NCBI RefSeq assembly: GCF_016433145.1
Contig: NC_058133.1
Location: forward strand, 74,878,155 to 74,942,154
Length of the DNA stretch: 64,000 nucleotides
Reading direction: 5' to 3'
Origin: Gracilinanus agilis
Taxonomy: Eukaryota
This document shows, in pieces, positions 59,543-64,000 of the stretch (the stretch's first letter is position 1; the number at the start of each line of letters is the position of its first letter). The notes below the pieces were generated by a model, which worked only from the letters and a program-made list of their open reading frames with translations, was not told where the DNA came from and did no database searches. Both the position numbers and the translations under genes were made by a program.

Positions 59543-61119
59543 TCCTTGGTGATCTTTTCATTTCCCTTGTAGTTATCATGGTATGTTACTCTGCTGATCC
59601 TGCTTATTTTGTTCTATATCAGCTCATAAAAACCTTCCCATGTTTCTCTGAATTTATTTTTCATGTCCCTTCAAACACAGTGTCTTTTGATTACATCTCT
59701 TACTCCATTTCTTGGGTTCATGTCACAGTTGGCAATATTATGCAACCTACTTAGACCCACCATGCATTTTTCCATGAAATTATATTTCTTTTAGTATCAT
59801 AGTCTTCCAGAATTTGACTTTCTTTTGAGGTAGCCTGAGAGTGAGTTGTCAAGGATGACAGTGAGGTTACAAACCTGGGTTAATGGAAAGCTAGTGATGC
59901 CCTGGAGATAAAGGGAAATTTGGAAAAGGGGGTGATTTGGCAGGGGAACCATAAACAAAAGAATCTTGGTGTTCATGAAAGGCGGGGAAGGGGAGCTTTT
60001 ACAAGAGCAGTGTGGAGTCATTGAAATACTTTACTATTCCCCAAATATGTTTTACCTCTTTTTTTTCTATCCAATGCTCAGTGCCCAGTATGCTATTGGA
60101 CTGACTCAGTCATCTTCCCATTCAACTTTGTGTTGTAGCCTGGGCAATAGGCATCTTTCATCAGTTTTGGGTTGTTCTTTCTGCATGGCTGACTAAGCCA
60201 CTGTCTTTTCTTTTTTCGTAGAAATCCATAAAAAGTCCCTTGGTACATTTAAAATATGGCTCCATTTAGAAAAATCCAATTAAGGCATAACTTCTTGTAA
60301 GTGTTGAGTTCAGTGAATTATGTCATACTTGTGTTCTACTCTACCATATTTTAAAGGGTCCTCCTTTGAGCTCGCCAATTCGTTTCAAATTCAAGGACCT
60401 TTGAGCCAGAGAGCATTCTCAGAATGTTATGACTTTTTAGACACAAGAGAAACTGCCACAGTACAAATAGGAGGGAGACTATAAGTTGGTCCAACCATTC
60501 TGGAAGAGAATTAGAAATTAATCAACCATTCAATCACTGAAAATGCAAAGCTGAAGGCAAAAATAGTCCCTACCCTCAAGCAAGTGTCATTCTGATGGGG
60601 GAAACATCATGTACATACACATACAGACATACATATAAACATATTATAAATTTATTATATACTCAAAAATATATATATATATATATATATTATATAAACA
60701 TACAGAGCAGCTACAGTAAAAAAAATGCAATAGCACTTACCTATATAAATTTTAAGGTTTACAAAACCCTTTATAAAAATTATTGCAATTTGTCCTCATG
60801 ACAACCTTTGGAATTTGGTATTATTATTAAAATACCCATTTTACAGATGAGAAAACTGACATAGAGATTACGTAACCTATCTAAGGCTTCACAAATGGTT
60901 AAATCTAGATTTGAACTCAGGTCTTCTTTGACTTCAGGCTACTGCTCTATCTACTGTGCTGCTGCCTCTATATCTATAGTGTACTATATCTATATATACT
61001 ACTAATATAGTGTACTATATCTAGTGCCTTCTAAGTTCCAGGAGCTGTGCTCAGAAGCATCTCCCAGGCAATAAAACTTGCTCCTATTAATGCAGTTTAG
61101 TGCCCTTTCCACAACTCTT

Positions 61120-61321
61120 TTTTTTTAACCCTTACCTTCCATCTTAGAATCAACAATATCCATTCTGAGGCAGTAGAATGGTAAGGACTAGGCAACTGGG
61201 GTTAAGTGACTCACCCAAGATCACAAGGCTAAGAAGTATCTGAGGTCACATTTGAATCTAGGTCCTCCCAACTCCAGAATTGGCACTCTATTCATTTAGT
61301 CGCCCTATCTGCCCCCTTCTT
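61120..61321 (-). mobile_element. Opossum SINE1 copy
   Basis: TSD cacaactctt at about 61110 and 61322. Confidence 0.9.
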
Positions 61322-62319
61322 CACAACTCTTAAAGCACTGAGAAGTTAATGAGTTGCCAAGGGTCACAAGACTAGGATGTATCAGAGACAGACCTGAGTG
61401 AATCCAGGTTTTTCCTGATTTGGGGGCCAGCTCTCCATTTTATAGGGATGAGAAATTGAGTATAAGGGGTAGTATTTTTTTTTAACTCTTCCCAGGTATT
61501 TCACTTTTAACAATAACATTATCTTTTACTTAGGATGCTTAAATTCAGAGAGAGAGAGAGACAGCATTTGCAATCTTTCCACAGGAAACAATTTGGTTTA
61601 GCACCTAATTTGAAGTATAATTAGGAAAAACAGGAAATTTGGAAAACAGGAGGCTCCAATAGCTTTCTCCTCACAACCTCCCAAGGATTTTGTTCCAGGT
61701 AAACATACAGTCTTTCTCTTAAACTCGATTTTTAGCACTGTTTACTCCAGGAATGGAAATGTCTAGATGTGACACTGAGTTCAGAATATATGGGAAGATA
61801 ATCTGAGCTTTGTCCACTGAAAACAATCTAGTCCAACATCACTAGACAAAGGGCTTAGGCCATTTCTAGCCTGGAAGGAAGTAACAGAAATGGTTTCTGC
61901 CTCTTGGAACTCACCTAATATATTGGCATTGTTGGAATTTGTCCAGCCTATTTTTTGGAGCCAGTTTGACCCAGCCTACATTTATTCACACTTTCTAAGT
62001 GTCAGTGACTAAGCATGGGAGTCACACTCACACAGTGGTGAAACCTTCAGCCTCCCCTGGTGATAACATTGAATCTAGCAACTGGGAAGCAACAGATTTG
62101 GGTAATGAAGAGAGAATATAGAAATTCTTAAGACTTATGGGAGCCAAAAAGAAAGAATACCTCACTTGTCTTGTTTCATAGGCAACCATAGACTGATCTT
62201 TCATTTCAATACAGGGAAAGCAAATAAAAGATTAGTGATTTTAATAGTTTTGAGTGATTATAATAATAATGAGTGATTTTAATAAGAAGACGAGTACATT
62301 TTCTTCTTTTCTCCCTTCC

Positions 62320-63345
62320 AAAATTATTTATTTATTTTGGGCCTTTTTTTTTTAAATTTTAAGTTCCAAATTTTCTCCCTCTCTCCTGCTCTTCCCCCAG
62401 CTCTTAAGAAGACAAGCAATATGATATCAATTATACATGTGAAGAAGTCCCAGTGCTATGGCTCTGTTTTTCTTTTCTTTCTTTTTAAAAAAAACAACAA
62501 AAACAAAAGCAAATACTTTTACTTTCTGCTTTAGAATCATTACTAAGCATCTTGAAGAGTGGCAAGGGCCACTTACTCCTCCACCAGCAGTTCATTAGTG
62601 TACCTATTTTCCCCTCATCCCTACCAGTATTTGTCATTTCTGATCAGTGTGAAGTGGTATCTCAGAGTTGTTTTTGTTTTCATTTCTCTAATCAATGGTG
62701 ACTTTGAGTCTATTTATGTGACCATAGATAGCTTTGGTTTCTTCTGAAAATTGTCTTTTTAGATCCTTTAACCATTTATCAATTCCCCATTTATCAATTG
62801 GGGAATGGCTCTTGTTTTTATAAATTTGTCTCTAGCATCAATATATAATTGAGAAATAAGGCCTTGATAAATACTTGATGAGAAACTTGCTCTAAAAAAT
62901 TTTGATATTATTTCATTGTCCATGGTATCTTTTAGCAAAATGTAGTTTCCCTGATTATCTCTTTTAATTAGGTCTTTTTTTGCTTTTGCTTTGTCTGAGA
63001 TCATGATTGCTACCCTTGCCTTTTTTACTTACACTGAAGCATATTAGATTCTGCTTCAGCCCTTTACTTTTAACTCTTTGTGTGTCTTCTTGTTTCAAGT
63101 GTATCTCTTATAAATAGCATATTGTTGGATTCTGGTTTCTAATCCATTTAGCTATCTGCTTCTGTTTTATGGGTGAGCTCATCTATTCATATTCACATTT
63201 ATGATTCCTAACTGTATTTCCTTCCATACCATTATCTTGTATTTCTTCCTCTTTCTCTTTTTATCCTGACTTTCCTGAAGTCTGTTTTGCTCCTAACCAC
63301 AGCCTCCCCCTTCCCTTTATCATCTTTCTTTCTTTTATTCCTTTC
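62320..63345 (-). mobile_element. Composite/fragmented L1 including ORF2 endonuclease region
   Basis: ORF 62768-63004 (-) ISDKAKAKKDLIKRDNQGNYILLK resembles the L1 endonuclease ISDK..IKRDKEGHYI motif. Confidence 0.85.
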
Positions 63346-63905
63346 CCCCTCCTTTTTCTCTAGTGGGTAAGATACATTTCTGACTATGTATATATATATA
63401 TATATATACATATATACATATATATATTCTTCTCTTTTTGAATCAATTTCAATGAGAGTAGAGGCTCAAGCATTGCCTACTACCCACCGATTTTCCCTTT
63501 CGTTGCAAGAAAAATTTCCCCATTCTAACTCTCCATTTCTCCTCCCAGTGCATCCTTCTATCTCACTTTATTGGCTCTGCTACTTCAAAATTTGATTTGA
63601 GGAATTATTTTAGTTTGGAGGAGAGGCAGCTAGATAGCATAATGGATAGTGTGCCAGGCTTGGAGTTGGCAGGGTGCTGGATGGTTCAAATCTAGCCTCA
63701 AATACTTTCTAGCTGTATAACCTGAGCAAGTCACTTAACCCTGTTTCCAAAAAGAATAGGTATGAAAAATGTTTGGAGGGGAATGTTAGGAGAGTCCTTT
63801 TGGGTAACTGCCCCTAATCTGCCATCTTTGCTCTGCTCCATCCTTTGACAGTAAATTTTCAGGAAGATTTTGGTGATGATGTGGATTCTACTTCAGTGAA
63901 TTAGA

Positions 63906-64000
63906 GCAGCAATTTTTCAAGTGGGATATTCAGATGCCTTGGGGTTTCCAAGACTCTTTTAGGGGATCATCAAGACCAGAACTATATTCACAATAGTACT
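63906..64000 (+). mobile_element. MER3/MER33-like hAT fragment (runs off the window)
   Basis: cagcaatttttcaaagtggg...ggggatcatcaagaccagaactatattcacaatagtact. Confidence 0.5.

Noticed and set aside
60353-60402. Imperfect 50-nt hairpin as a pre-miRNA
   Set aside because: Stem short and interrupted; no known mature sequence
1-64000. tRNA, snRNA or rRNA genes; non-retroviral endogenous viral elements
   Set aside because: tRNA-like heads all belong to SINEs; no ORF resembled viral nucleoprotein, polymerase or capsid motifs I can recognise. A TBLASTN would be needed to exclude very decayed copies

Overview
Repeat-dense, AT-rich mammalian DNA, almost certainly from a didelphid marsupial (Monodelphis-like). 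The inference rests on many opossum-type CORE-SINEs (SINE1_Mdo-like, MAR1-like), opossum-type L1 3' ends, ERV solo LTRs and hAT MITEs, on top of older MIR, L2 and L3/CR1. I found no intact protein-coding exon I can name. Two processed pseudogenes are clear: PRPF4 (about 8220-9355, +, 5'-truncated, frameshifted) and RPL29 (17985-18597, +). A CpG island (about 31.8-33.9 kb, partly hidden by an N gap) carries an RE1/NRSE-like element and several + strand splice donors. It looks like the promoter and 5' exons of an unidentified, probably neuronal, gene whose large intron fills the rest of the window. The most unusual observations are: (i) a dense housekeeping-promoter motif cluster abutting the PRPF4 pseudogene, with both retaining about ten times background CpG; (ii) a 65-bp 5'-end-only L1 fragment with target-site duplications; (iii) two different hAT MITE families inserted at the same site of two SINE1 copies; (iv) an expanded repetitive tail in the RPL29 retrocopy; (v) a spaced direct-repeat array at 37.7-38.1 kb. 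Repeat family names are from recall, not a database search. I see no convincing evidence of a new multi-gene system.
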